DNA of 64,000 nucleotides, taken from positions 25,865 to 89,864 of the forward strand of contig CAWEDU010000007.1 of NCBI GenBank assembly GCA_963807965.1, in the 5' to 3' direction. The stretch comes from an uncultured Thermoplasmatales archaeon (lineage in GTDB: Archaea > Thermoplasmatota > Penumbrarchaeia > Penumbrarchaeales > Penumbrarchaeaceae). The notes beneath the pieces are model-generated. The model was not told where the DNA came from. It saw nothing but the letters and a program-made list of their open reading frames with translations, and made no database searches. Position 1 is the stretch's first letter; each line of letters begins with the position of its first letter. The translations under genes and the position numbers were made by a program. Positions 30,730-41,092 of the stretch are shown piece by piece.

Positions 30730-31677
30730 TTACCTTTTCTTCATTGATCTTTGAACGATCCTTCTTAAACCCTCGGGATTAAAGACCACAAACCAGACTG
30801 ACACGGTCGACAGGAGTATCAAGACCGCTCCACCTATTGGAAGCCAGAAACCTGTCTCTACATCAGATATGGACCATTTTGTAACAAATTGAAGGAAATA
30901 TATGGAACTGTTGTACCTACCCGGATACATTGATGAAACCTCGATCTTAATTGTATTTGAACTGGAGAAACCCGTCTTCTGCCTCATCCTTATCTTGACA
31001 TATCCTTCACCTCTGCTCTCTATGGTGATCCTCCTTAGATCGAGAACATAGTCAACCTCATCCGGACAGGATATCATTGAGATATTGAATCGGTCAATTC
31101 CATTCCCCTCGTTCATTATCCTAAGAGTAACTGTTCTCCATTCACCAACTGGTACCCTCTCTGTGATGATCGTCCTGTGGACCGAGAAAGCTCCATATTG
31201 TTTCACCTTAAGGTTGATCTGGCCTCGTCCCCAATAGTAGATCTGGTTCGGATCGTCAGGATGGACCACGTAAGCAAGGATCCAAATTTCTGCATCCAGG
31301 TCGGCCTGGAGCCCATAAGAAGGGGATACCAGTACAGTATAATTTGTATTAGGTTCTTCTCGGGAGATCGGGATCTTGGGAATACGGTATTCCGAAAGAA
31401 TATCTCCGGTAACCATCATTATTATTTGGAATACTTTGGAGTCGTTCTCCCGACCCTGGTAGAAGGCTTTGATCGTTCCAGATACCGAGAATGTATTGTT
31501 TGATCCTGGTTCTACAGAGACATTTTTAAACAATCCATCATAGGTTATATGGGTTCGTGGGAAGAACCATTCATCAGGATCTTCCTGTCCAGAAACATCT
31601 GGTAGAGGAAAGGGTAATCCTAGAAGAAGTAATAGTAAAACCATTGAAGTCTTCAATATCGAATTCCTATTGATCAT
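30730..31677 (-). CDS. Secreted Ig-like membrane-anchored protein
   Basis: Signal peptide, NEGNGIDRF and C-terminal TM helix; shares VGxWxTV and RMRQ with 24891-25844. Confidence 0.7.
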   Translation of the reverse strand: MINRNSILKTSMVLLLLLLGLPFPLPDVSGQEDPDEWFFPRTHITYDGLFKNVSVEPGSNNTFSVSGTIKAFYQGRENDSKVFQIIMMVTGDILSEYRIPKIPISREEPNTNYTVLVSPSYGLQADLDAEIWILAYVVHPDDPNQIYYWGRGQINLKVKQYGAFSVHRTIITERVPVGEWRTVTLRIMNEGNGIDRFNISMISCPDEVDYVLDLRRITIESRGEGYVKIRMRQKTGFSSSNTIKIEVSSMYPGRYNSSIYFLQFVTKWSISDVETGFWLPIGGAVLILLSTVSVWFVVFNPEGLRRIVQRSMKKR

Positions 31678-31743
31678 CCTTCCCGGAAGGAATAGAGTAT
31701 CAAGATATTATACTGATTCGGTCAGATGAGTTGTATGTAGAGT

Positions 31744-33291
31744 TCAAACATGAGGAACGGTCCTGAGCCATTCCACATCCGAGATGTAGAGGTCCCTTAT
31801 ATCCTTCCTGTCAAGTACCATCATGGCCAGTCTTTCCAAGCCCAGGCCCCAGGCAAGAACAGGGAGTTCTATTCCGGCAGGTCCGGTCACCTCCGGTCTG
31901 AAGATGCCCGCTCCTCCAAGTTCCATCCATTTACCATGGAACAAAACATCAACCTCAAGGGAGGGCTCTGTATAGGGGAAATAACCGGGTCTGACCCTGA
32001 TGTCAGAAAAACCCATCTTCTCATAGAAATCCTTGAGGAGTCCTACAAGCATGTTCATGGAGGCTCCTTCTTCAACAAGTATACCCTCGATCTGGTGGAA
32101 CTCGGGCAGGTGGGTGGAATCGATCGATTCGTTCCTGAATACTTTTTCTATAGAGAAGACCTTGATGGGTGGTTCCGGGTGATCAAAACAATATCTAATA
32201 GTGTTAACTGTGGTATGCGTCCTTAAAATGGCCTTATCTGCTTTCTCCCTGGACCACCTGTAACCCCAGCCTCTAGAACCGGTATTCCCTCCTGTCTCGT
32301 GTACCTCTGAGAAGGTCTTGTATGGGTCCAATCCTTTTCTCTCATTGAATTCCATTGGATCCATTTTTCCCACTGTTTCCACATAAAAAGTATCATGTTC
32401 CTCCCTTGCAGGATGATCCTGTGGAATAAACAGGGCGTCCATGTTCCAGAGTTCAAGTTCGGCATAGTTTCCTGATATCTCTTTGAAACCCATCTCCAAG
32501 AAAATCCTTCTTATCTTCTCGATGATATTTGTAACTGGGTGGATACGCCCCCCTGAGGGGGTGGTGGCCATCGTATTGACATCATATTTTCGAAACTCCA
32601 CATCCATCCACTTTCCTGTTCGAAGAAGTTCGGGTGTCAGTTGTGATACCTCTCTCTTGATCTCAAGACCGGACACTGCGATCTTCCGTCCCAGATCCGT
32701 CAGCTCCAACCGTCTTTGGACCTCTTCCTTTTCGGTAATGACATCCTTTCTACCCTTCAGAGACCGGTAGATATCCACTGCAATATCTTCTAAGTCCATC
32801 TCTTTCCTGGAGAGGATATCAATCAATTCCTCATCCTCACCTTTCTTTCCGAGGGCCTTCTTTCCCGTTTCCGTGACGACGAGGTAAGTCTCCCCTTCCT
32901 CTTTGCGGACCTTTGCCCATTTCTTCCTATTTAACCAACCTATCGATATTCCTATCTCGGAACTGGACAATTTTCCTTTTTCTTCGAGCTCTTTTAAGCT
33001 TGCTGCACCTTGGTTCTTCCCGAGGTATTCAAGCACTTTCCTCTCTGGTAAACCCTGGGTAGAATATGTTTTTCTTCCGAGAGAGACCTTATGGAGGAAC
33101 TCTTCATGGATGATCAGGAGACCTTTTGTTCTGAGCCATGAGGCTGCGCTCATTACCTCGACCTCCTTGGCAAAACCACCCTTCCTGACTGCTTTATCAG
33201 GCCTCAATGACCTCTCATCTTTCAACGCGAGGAGAAGTCTTTTCTCATTGAGACTTAGTTCATCCTTGATCCTATCCATCTCACTTGCCAA
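31744..33291 (-). CDS. pheS: Phenylalanine--tRNA ligase alpha subunit (archaeal long form)
   Basis: WNMDALFIPQDHPAR, LRTHTT, FRNE...HLPEFHQIEG, YFPYTEPS, GLGLERL. Confidence 0.97.
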   Translation of the reverse strand: MASEMDRIKDELSLNEKRLLLALKDERSLRPDKAVRKGGFAKEVEVMSAASWLRTKGLLIIHEEFLHKVSLGRKTYSTQGLPERKVLEYLGKNQGAASLKELEEKGKLSSSEIGISIGWLNRKKWAKVRKEEGETYLVVTETGKKALGKKGEDEELIDILSRKEMDLEDIAVDIYRSLKGRKDVITEKEEVQRRLELTDLGRKIAVSGLEIKREVSQLTPELLRTGKWMDVEFRKYDVNTMATTPSGGRIHPVTNIIEKIRRIFLEMGFKEISGNYAELELWNMDALFIPQDHPAREEHDTFYVETVGKMDPMEFNERKGLDPYKTFSEVHETGGNTGSRGWGYRWSREKADKAILRTHTTVNTIRYCFDHPEPPIKVFSIEKVFRNESIDSTHLPEFHQIEGILVEEGASMNMLVGLLKDFYEKMGFSDIRVRPGYFPYTEPSLEVDVLFHGKWMELGGAGIFRPEVTGPAGIELPVLAWGLGLERLAMMVLDRKDIRDLYISDVEWLRTVPHV

Positions 33292-33325
33292 GGGATCACC
33301 CGCCGGTCTGCATATCGCCTAACAT

Positions 33326-33901
33326 TTAAACCAATTTCTCCATCAAGAGCTCGAGATATGACCTTCTTTCCGTTTTTTCAAGCTCCCAATCTTCAAGGAA
33401 CTTAAGGACTCGAGCTTCTCCTCTCTTGATGTCATCGTCCATGACCTCCACCTCAAGGAAGCAGCCAAGGTCGGGTAATAGATCAATACACGCTTCCATA
33501 TCATCTAAGGTGTATGTTCTCCTCTCCTTGATCACTTTCAATACCTTTCGAAATCCCAGTCTTTCCAGGATCTCTCTCATCCCACCTCCACCAGGGATCT
33601 TTAGTTCCATTTCATATCTTGCTTTGGACCTTTGAGATAATTTAGGACCTTTGTAGGTCAGATATACCTGGACTCGACCATCATCATGGTCCTTGACGGT
33701 CCTAATTCTCAATGCTTCATCGGTCTGGGAGAAATCCCTGCTCGGGTGAGAAAGATATGTGTCACTCATGATCAACTTTGAATCTTCATCCCAACCGGAG
33801 TCCACAAGGATCTGGATCATCTCATGGGCGGCCTCCTCCTGTTCAGCCGGGAGAAGGCTGGTGGATAACCAGACCTTCACCTCTACCTCATTTACGGCCA
33901 T
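33326..33901 (-). CDS. cyaB: CYTH-domain protein (class IV adenylate cyclase-like)
   Basis: EVEVK, DEALRIR, LTYKGPK, FLEVE, SYLELL. Confidence 0.88.
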   Translation of the reverse strand: MAVNEVEVKVWLSTSLLPAEQEEAAHEMIQILVDSGWDEDSKLIMSDTYLSHPSRDFSQTDEALRIRTVKDHDDGRVQVYLTYKGPKLSQRSKARYEMELKIPGGGGMREILERLGFRKVLKVIKERRTYTLDDMEACIDLLPDLGCFLEVEVMDDDIKRGEARVLKFLEDWELEKTERRSYLELLMEKLV

Positions 33902-33988
33902 GGGGGTGGACCTCATTGATGGTTTTTAGACCCTTCGGGGGAAAAACCATAAGCAATACCAGTCCATCTCCCTCAAAGAACTGGGGCT

Positions 33989-35425
33989 GTGTTGATGACA
34001 GGGAAAAGAGAAGTATCGTCCAGGGAGACCGAATTGTCTATGGAGAGGAAGATGATCTGGGAGATAGCGACGGATAAACAACTTTTGGAGATAGAGAAAC
34101 TCTCGAAGGATTACATGGATTTCATTTCCAGGGCAAAGACCGAGAGATTAACAACAGATATCCTTGTGGAAATGTTGGAGAGTGCAGGATTCAGGGATAT
34201 CAAGGAATGTAAGGAATTGGTCCCTGGATCGAAAGCTTACGTGGTCAACCGAAACAAGAACGTTGCGGCTTTCAATATTGGAAAGGATAAAATAACCAAT
34301 GGTGCAAACCTCGTTTCCTCTCATTCGGACGCACCCAGACTCGATCTTAAACAAAATCCCCTTTACGAGGACATGGATACAAAATTGGCCCTCCTGAAAA
34401 CCCATTATTATGGTGGGATCAAGAAATACCAATGGGTGAACATCCCTCTTGCCATTCACGGCAAGGTGATCCTGGATTCCGGAAAGGAAGTGGACATACA
34501 CATAGGTGAATCCCAGGATGATCCAATATTCACCATATGTGACCTCCTACCACACCTGTATAGAAAGAAACAGGGAGAGAGGAAGCTCATGGAAGGGATC
34601 ACAGGGGAGGAATTGAATGTTCTCCTTGCATCATTGCCATTTTCGGATAAGAAATCCAAGAAGAAGGTCAAGCTTTGGGTCCTCGACCATCTGAATAAGG
34701 AATACGGAATGGTTGAAGAGGATTTTGTATCAGCTGAGCTTGAAGTGGTTCCTGCCGGTCCTGCAAGGGAAGTTGGTTTTGACAGATCGATGATAGGGGC
34801 TTATGGGCAGGATGACAGGATCTGTGCTTACACCTCGATAAAGGCATTGATGGACATCAAGAACCCCCAAAGGACCGCAATGGCCCTAGTGATCGATAAG
34901 GAAGAGATTGGTTCAGATGGCCCGACCTCCATCAAGTCAAGGTTCCTGGAGGAGGTCTATTCATCCATCCTGGAATCCTCTGAACCTGATTATCCTGACA
35001 GAAAATTGAGACAGGCCCTTTCCAATACCAAAGCGATCTCTTCGGATGTGAACGGTGCGGTGAATCCTTCTTTCAAACAGGTGCATGAGCTTCAAAACGC
35101 TGCAAGGATAGGATTGGGAATATGCGTGACCAAATATACTGGGTCCGGGGGGAAATATTCATCCAACGACGCGAGTGCAGAGTTCATGGGCATGATCAGG
35201 AAGACATTGAACACAGCAAAAGTCCCCTGGCAAACAGGAGAACTTGGGAAGGTTGACGAAGGGGGTGGGGGGACGATAGCTAAATTCCTTGCAGAACACA
35301 ATATGGATGTTGTGGATGCTGGACCTGCGTTGATATCCATGCACTCACCTATGGAAATATCCTCAAAGGCCGATGTATGGGCTACATACAAGGCCTATAC
35401 CTCATTCTATAAAATGAAAATTTGA
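33989..35425 (+). CDS. M18 family aminopeptidase
   Basis: HSDAPRLDLK, HYYGGIKKYQW, GQDDRIC, DKEEIGS, SMHSP. Confidence 0.93.
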   Translation: MLMTGKREVSSRETELSMERKMIWEIATDKQLLEIEKLSKDYMDFISRAKTERLTTDILVEMLESAGFRDIKECKELVPGSKAYVVNRNKNVAAFNIGKDKITNGANLVSSHSDAPRLDLKQNPLYEDMDTKLALLKTHYYGGIKKYQWVNIPLAIHGKVILDSGKEVDIHIGESQDDPIFTICDLLPHLYRKKQGERKLMEGITGEELNVLLASLPFSDKKSKKKVKLWVLDHLNKEYGMVEEDFVSAELEVVPAGPAREVGFDRSMIGAYGQDDRICAYTSIKALMDIKNPQRTAMALVIDKEEIGSDGPTSIKSRFLEEVYSSILESSEPDYPDRKLRQALSNTKAISSDVNGAVNPSFKQVHELQNAARIGLGICVTKYTGSGGKYSSNDASAEFMGMIRKTLNTAKVPWQTGELGKVDEGGGGTIAKFLAEHNMDVVDAGPALISMHSPMEISSKADVWATYKAYTSFYKMKI

Positions 35426-35468
35426 GAATATCTCTATCCGGGAACCGAAGAAGAAAGAAAGATATGAA

Positions 35469-35496
35469 AGCCAGGGAGGTCTGGACCACCCTGGCT
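35469..35496. terminator. GC-rich hairpin between convergent aminopeptidase and ferredoxin genes
   Basis: AGCCAGGG...CCCTGGCT inverted repeat with inner GGT/ACC pairing. Confidence 0.5.
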
Positions 35497-35510
35497 ACCA
35501 TTGTGGGATT

Positions 35511-35681
35511 CTATAGCGATAGGGCCTGGACCGGGCAGGCACCGACGCAGGCACCGCAATCAACGCAGGTTCCCTCGTCCACATCCGCTTTTCCGTCAAC
35601 CATAGAAAGTGCCTGGACCGGACAGGTCCCGACGCAAGCTCCGCATCCGATGCAAGTATCCTTGTCTATCTTAACAGCCAT
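35511..35681 (-). CDS. 2[4Fe-4S] ferredoxin, 56 aa (below the ORF-track cutoff)
   Basis: MAVKIDKDTCIGCGACVGTCPVQAL...TCVDCGACVGACPVQALSL; GAGGTG RBS. Confidence 0.95.
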   Translation of the reverse strand: MAVKIDKDTCIGCGACVGTCPVQALSMVDGKADVDEGTCVDCGACVGACPVQALSL

Positions 35682-35825
35682 TTTCACACCTCGAAATAGT
35701 CCCCGAGATCGGGGTTCGCCTTCGATAACGGGTTGCTATATTAAACTTTGTCGGGAGAGGGACGATCCTTGGATAAATGGTGATACCATCGGTCTATATA
35801 TCCGAGGGAATCCATTGATGGACTA

Positions 35826-36929
35826 TTGAAGCTTTTCATAGAATCCAGTGATGGAATTGATCGTCTTTGCAGATCGATATCTGAGGTACCTATATCCCAA
35901 AACGATCTGTTGGACCGCCTTGAAAGAGAGATATTTCCATTACTGGATTTTAACAGCTGGGTATCACATTTAATGTCAAATATCCCAGAAGCCCATGCAG
36001 TGACCTTTGGAGCGGTCGCATCAGCCTTGGGAACCGTAAAGGCCTCAAGGTCTGTTGGAAGCTGGTCAGTTGATCCAGACAATATTTCACATAGGTTGGT
36101 ATATTCAGATGGACGAGTACCGGTCCCTTCCATCACTGAACTTTCGTCGGAAATTGACCTCGAACTCAGAGGAAAGGATCTCTACGTTCCGGAAAGATCC
36201 ATGATCGAGGAGATCGTTTTGGAAAATCCTCCCTTCAACTCTCTTAGAGACCTACAGAAGAAGTCATCCGCTTTAATATCTGATGAAAAAAGTTCATTTA
36301 AACGGATTGCTGGGATAGACATCTCATCAAAGGGAGATCACCATTTTTGTGCAGTTTGTTCTATGGACATCCTGGGGAAAAACATTGTGAAGATCTGTCA
36401 TAAGGGAATGCCAGGGATCCCTTATGTAAGTGGATTCCTTTTCTTCAGAGAAGCACCGATCATTCTACCCACTTTAAAAACAGGTTTGAATACTGGTTTG
36501 ATCGATGAAAGAACGCTTATTGTCATGGATGGGAACGGATATCTTCATCCTGAAAGGATGGGGATTGCCTGTCAGATAGGGGCCGTTACAGGTTTGATGA
36601 CCTGTGGTGTTGCAAAAAAATTGATCATCGGAAGGATAGGGGATTGGGTGAATGTCAACAGCAAAGAAGAGATTGCAGTGGTCCAAGATGGTGGAGAAAT
36701 CATTGGTTATGCTTCCAGGCATGGAGGAGGAAGACCGATCTTCATTTCAAAAGGCAACAGGACAGACCTGAAAGAGGTTGCAGAGGTTTTGATAAGTATG
36801 AAGAAAGGTCGTCTCCCTGATCCTATCAAAGCATCACATAATGAGGCAAATAGATGTAGAAGGTCAGAATCCCCATCTTGCAACCTTCAGGTCCTTCCTC
36901 TTCCTCTCCATGAAGGTATAGACCGATGA
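35826..36929 (+). CDS. nfi: Endonuclease V fused to an N-terminal O6-alkylguanine-transferase-like DNA-binding domain
   Basis: IPE..AVTFGAVASALG...ASRSVG...SHRLVYSDG, then IAGID, PYVSGFLFFRE, DGNGYLHP and GVAK. Confidence 0.88.
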   Translation: MKLFIESSDGIDRLCRSISEVPISQNDLLDRLEREIFPLLDFNSWVSHLMSNIPEAHAVTFGAVASALGTVKASRSVGSWSVDPDNISHRLVYSDGRVPVPSITELSSEIDLELRGKDLYVPERSMIEEIVLENPPFNSLRDLQKKSSALISDEKSSFKRIAGIDISSKGDHHFCAVCSMDILGKNIVKICHKGMPGIPYVSGFLFFREAPIILPTLKTGLNTGLIDERTLIVMDGNGYLHPERMGIACQIGAVTGLMTCGVAKKLIIGRIGDWVNVNSKEEIAVVQDGGEIIGYASRHGGGRPIFISKGNRTDLKEVAEVLISMKKGRLPDPIKASHNEANRCRRSESPSCNLQVLPLPLHEGIDR

Positions 36930-37406
36930 ATGCTCTGATCCGTTCAGGATCATCATTATGGCCTTGGAAGCAACCTTCATACCCTCAATATCACCAATTA
37001 TGGCAGCTGTATTCCCCTTGATCGAGACCTGGCAATCGGTGAGCTCCTCGATGATATGCCTGGTTTTCCCTCCAGATCCGATCAATCTTGATCTGACCTG
37101 AAGGATCCTCTTTCTGGATTTACCGGAGTAATCCCTGATATCGAACTCCTCATAATACATATCATCATCAAGGAGCTTCAAGGCTGCCTCGGGAGAAAAA
37201 CCCCTCCCAATGGCTCTGAGAACATCCCTCATCCTGAAAGAAAGATATGGATCGTCCGACATATCATCCAACAGAGTGACCTCTCCTGTCTCGGAATCGA
37301 CCTCAATATCGGTCTTTCCCTTTTCTTTCAGGTCCTTGAGGGTCTCACCCTTCTTTCCAATAAGGACTCCCACCCTGTCCAGTGGGACCTTGAATCTGTA
37401 TACCAT
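36864..37406 (-). CDS. KH-domain rRNA-processing protein (Pno1/Dim2-like)
   Basis: RVGVLIGKKG, AIGRGFSPE, RLIGSGGKTR, GSEHSSVY. Confidence 0.92.
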   Translation of the reverse strand: MVYRFKVPLDRVGVLIGKKGETLKDLKEKGKTDIEVDSETGEVTLLDDMSDDPYLSFRMRDVLRAIGRGFSPEAALKLLDDDMYYEEFDIRDYSGKSRKRILQVRSRLIGSGGKTRHIIEELTDCQVSIKGNTAAIIGDIEGMKVASKAIMMILNGSEHSSVYTFMERKRKDLKVARWGF

Positions 37407-37638
37407 CTATGGTCCCTGCACGTGTAGATTGAGGTTGGGTATAAAAGGTTTCTCGAGGACAGCTGGTTCCAAGAGATAACAAAGAGGAAAACAGTTATAA
37501 TCAATACCGGTATAGACGATTAGAGAAGAGATTTATCATACTTTGAAAAAGCAGATTTTCACTTGTTCGAAAAATGAGGGAAACGGTAATAAACGAATCT
37601 GTATGTTTCTATTAAACACACCTTTAGGAGAATGGTCA

Positions 37639-38847
37639 ATGGCTGCCCTTGAAGATAACCAGTTGAAAATACTTCTTGATGAGGCACTCTGGCAGGTTGA
37701 AGAGGCCAAGAGGAGAGACCTGTCCATTACCAGGGCAATGAACTTCATCAATCTTTCCAAGGAAGCACTTGGATATTCAAACCGGAAATTATCAATAGGC
37801 CTCTTAACCAAGGCGAGGGAAACAATGTTCAACGACCTTGTTGAAAAGGTGATACAGAATCAGGAAGAGGGAAGCGATGCTGTATCAAGAATGAAATTGG
37901 ATCGAACCATCAAGGAGGCAAGAGGGAGATTCTCCAAAGGGAACCTGAAGGAAGCCTATGACCTTATAATCTCCACCATAGAACCTAAGGAAGAAACCGA
38001 ATGCAGATTCGAAGAGAACGAAGTGATATGTAATGATGATGGTTCCGCTGAGAAGTACTCAAATGCCCTCGACTCCTTGCAAAGGGTCTGGTTGAAAATG
38101 AAACAAGAGGAGTCCCGGGGCAAGGATATGTCCAAAGCCAAGAAGATCGTGAATGAAGCCAAGAGCAGCCTTTCCAAGGGACGTTATGACCACGTTCTGG
38201 AGCTCTGCAAGGAGATCACAGATGTTATCCTCTCCCCTCAGGACCGATTAAAAGAGGAGGTAGAGGAGACCATCGATGATATCTCAAGGACTCTAAGTGC
38301 TCTTTTCCCAGAGGAGCCAAGGTCCCCTAAAGAGAAGTTCTTCAAGAACCAGATCGAGGAACTGATATCCCTGGCTAATGATAAGATGTCTGAGGATAAG
38401 CCCGCAGAAGCCATCAACTCTTCAAGAAAGGCAAAAGAGATCCTTGAAAGGCTAGAAACGGAGTCCATCAAGGGAGATATCCCAAAGATGATAATCGAAC
38501 TCAGAGGTTCAATAGATGAACTGAAAACAAATGATGTGGACGTTTCCTACGAGGAGTACCTCTTAAAACAGGTGGAGGAGACTTTCTGGAAAGGCGAATA
38601 TATAAGGGCCCGCAAGATCGCCAACAAATTATCATCAATAATGAAGGATTCCAGAATCCATCTTATGGTCACCGATCTTTCAACCAAGATGATAGATCTA
38701 GATATTCTATTGAAGGAGAAGGTAGGCCAGGAAGGATACATGGAAGCAAGGGAATTCCTGGACAAAGCAAAGATCTTGATGGACCAGTCCGCCTATGATA
38801 TGGCATCTGGATTCCTGGAGAAAGCTGGAAACGCACTGAATAATTGA
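37639..38847 (+). CDS. Hypothetical alpha-helical repeat protein
   Basis: Long helical ORF with AGGAG RBS; no catalytic motif recognised. Confidence 0.75.
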   Translation: MAALEDNQLKILLDEALWQVEEAKRRDLSITRAMNFINLSKEALGYSNRKLSIGLLTKARETMFNDLVEKVIQNQEEGSDAVSRMKLDRTIKEARGRFSKGNLKEAYDLIISTIEPKEETECRFEENEVICNDDGSAEKYSNALDSLQRVWLKMKQEESRGKDMSKAKKIVNEAKSSLSKGRYDHVLELCKEITDVILSPQDRLKEEVEETIDDISRTLSALFPEEPRSPKEKFFKNQIEELISLANDKMSEDKPAEAINSSRKAKEILERLETESIKGDIPKMIIELRGSIDELKTNDVDVSYEEYLLKQVEETFWKGEYIRARKIANKLSSIMKDSRIHLMVTDLSTKMIDLDILLKEKVGQEGYMEAREFLDKAKILMDQSAYDMASGFLEKAGNALNN

Positions 38848-39995
38848 TCTATGTCAAAGATTATATCCGTCCTTACTTTACAAGTGATGTGTTCAAGAGG
38901 ATAGCTCTCATTCAGATACTGGCAGGAGGGGCCTTCCTCTCCTCTTTTACATACATAGCCATTTTAGCAAACGAGGTTGGTCTTTCAAGGACCGGGATCG
39001 TCATAATGGCGATGCTCTATTCCTTTGCACAATTCTTTTCATCATATATCTTTGGCAGACTAGCTGACAGGTTTGGTAAGAGAAAGATACTTCTCCTGGG
39101 CCTGGTCTCTTTAACCCTTCTCGTTCTTATCCAGGCACTTGGGAACTCGACATCCACACTAATTGGCTTCAGGTTCATGGCAGGAATAGGATTCGGGATG
39201 TACCCAGCAGCTTTGGCTGCTTACGCATTCGAAGCGAGAGCGAGCATAGGTAGATTCTCAGCCTTCAATTCATTGGGGTGGGGCTCAGCCCTCCTCATAG
39301 CCGGACCTATTGCTGATCTATTTGGGGTCCGGGCAGTATTCTACATGGCCTCTGCAATGGTCATGATCTCATTCCTGATAGCATTGGGGCTCAAACCGAT
39401 ACCTGAGATCAGGATCCGATCTCCACTTATTCCGATCAAACTGATAAACAGGAACAGGGAGATCATAATCCCATTCATTCTAAGACATGCATCTGCATCA
39501 TCAATATGGGTCCTGTGGCCTCTTTTCCTCAAAGAAGAGATAGGTCTTAGCCTCCTACAGATCGGTCTGGTCCAAGCGGTCAATGCTTTCACACAGTTTG
39601 GATCTATGTTCCTTTTGGGTGACAGGATCAGTCCCAGAAAATCGGTTGGTCTGGGATTGATCTTTTCTTCACTTGCCGTGTTATCTTTCATAGTTGTGAG
39701 GTCCTTCCCCTTCTTCCTCGTCACTCAGGTCCTGCTTGGTCTATCCTGGGCAAACCTCTATGTTGGCTCTCTGAGGTCCATGCTTATTAAGAACAAGGAG
39801 AGGGCATCTGCAGTGGGATTGCTTAACTCATCCATCAGTCTTTCAGCATTGATCGGACCTATGCTGGCTCTGGTCCTTGTGGAACTTCTTCCTGATATAC
39901 CTTATGAAGGTCCCATGATCCTTGCTGGATCGGCCTCATTCCTTGCATTCATCTATTATACATTGAAAGGGAGTAGAAGGGTGCCTTTCAGATGA
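38844..39995 (+). CDS. MFS transporter
   Basis: Motif A GRLADRFGKRK; about 12 TM segments. Confidence 0.9.
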   Translation: MIYVKDYIRPYFTSDVFKRIALIQILAGGAFLSSFTYIAILANEVGLSRTGIVIMAMLYSFAQFFSSYIFGRLADRFGKRKILLLGLVSLTLLVLIQALGNSTSTLIGFRFMAGIGFGMYPAALAAYAFEARASIGRFSAFNSLGWGSALLIAGPIADLFGVRAVFYMASAMVMISFLIALGLKPIPEIRIRSPLIPIKLINRNREIIIPFILRHASASSIWVLWPLFLKEEIGLSLLQIGLVQAVNAFTQFGSMFLLGDRISPRKSVGLGLIFSSLAVLSFIVVRSFPFFLVTQVLLGLSWANLYVGSLRSMLIKNKERASAVGLLNSSISLSALIGPMLALVLVELLPDIPYEGPMILAGSASFLAFIYYTLKGSRRVPFR

Positions 39996-40054
39996 TCGGA
40001 ATATTGCATCCCAATAGATTTATTTAGGGATCCTCCGCTCCCGAAAATGATACC

Positions 40055-41089
40055 ATGCCCTTGGCCCCCATACCTCTATACTATCACCCGGATTATTCAC
40101 AGGTTACACAAACCCCGGGTCATCCGGAATCTCCAGACAGGGTCGAGGCAATAATGGATCTTATGAAAGAGATCGAACTGCCTGTAAGAATAATGACCCC
40201 TGAACAAGTTGACCCGAAATCCCTTTTAAAGGTCCATGATGAGAACCATATCAACAGGATCAGGGACTTCGGTATTGGTTACATGGATCCGGATACCTAT
40301 CATCATGAGAGGACCTTCGATATGTCACTTCGAGCAGCAGGCGGTGTTGTATCAGCAATGGACCTTGCGGTCAGGGAAAAAAGAGCTGTATTCTCAATTC
40401 CAAGGCCTCCGGGTCACCATGCAGGCTACAATTACAATATGGGATTCTGTTATTTCAACAACGTAGCCCTTGCTGCCAGATCAGCTCTTGAAACCTATGA
40501 TGACATATCACGGGTGGCCATAATCGATATCGACGCCCATCATGGCAATGGAACAAACGATATCTTTGCAAGGGACCCGGATGTGCTCTATATTTCGACC
40601 CACCAGTGGGGAATATTCCCAGGTACCGGTCATCATAACGATATCGGAAGAGGACCTGGAGAAGGAAAGACCGTGAATATGCCTCTAATGGGGGGATCCG
40701 GAGACCCTTCCTTCGTAGAATGCATGGATGAATTGATAGTGCCGATAACAGAAGAATTCTCTCCCGACCTGTTATTGGTATCAATCGGAGGTGATTCACA
40801 CACAATGGACCCTCTAACCTCCCTGACACTTTCCACCCCGGGATATCTTGACCTTATCTCCAAGATCAAGGATGTTGGAGATAGGGTATCCAATGAGAGA
40901 GTGGTCTATGAGCTGGAGGGTGGATATCACCCTAGAGCCCTCGCGGAGATCTTCGTCGGGTCAATGGCACTCTACCTGGAAGAACCCATGGAAACACCTC
41001 AAAGATATACTGAAACCAGGGAGGCGATGCCTGACAATATGAGGATCAAGCAGTTCAGGGACGTGCAATCTTCCTATTGGAAGGTATAG
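40055..41089 (+). CDS. Histone deacetylase-family (Zn) amidohydrolase
   Basis: HPESPDR, RPPGHHA, GFCYFNN, DIDAHHGNGT, LEGGY. Confidence 0.95.
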   Translation: MPLAPIPLYYHPDYSQVTQTPGHPESPDRVEAIMDLMKEIELPVRIMTPEQVDPKSLLKVHDENHINRIRDFGIGYMDPDTYHHERTFDMSLRAAGGVVSAMDLAVREKRAVFSIPRPPGHHAGYNYNMGFCYFNNVALAARSALETYDDISRVAIIDIDAHHGNGTNDIFARDPDVLYISTHQWGIFPGTGHHNDIGRGPGEGKTVNMPLMGGSGDPSFVECMDELIVPITEEFSPDLLLVSIGGDSHTMDPLTSLTLSTPGYLDLISKIKDVGDRVSNERVVYELEGGYHPRALAEIFVGSMALYLEEPMETPQRYTETREAMPDNMRIKQFRDVQSSYWKV

Positions 41090-41092
41090 GAC

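Noticed and set aside
35422-35829. 135-aa plus-strand ORF with internal repeat
   Set aside because: It is the antisense shadow of the ferredoxin gene.
36864-36929. 66-bp convergent overlap of the EndoV and KH genes as a regulatory feature
   Set aside because: The EndoV tail after the last conserved helix looks like non-conserved run-on, which is common in compact genomes.
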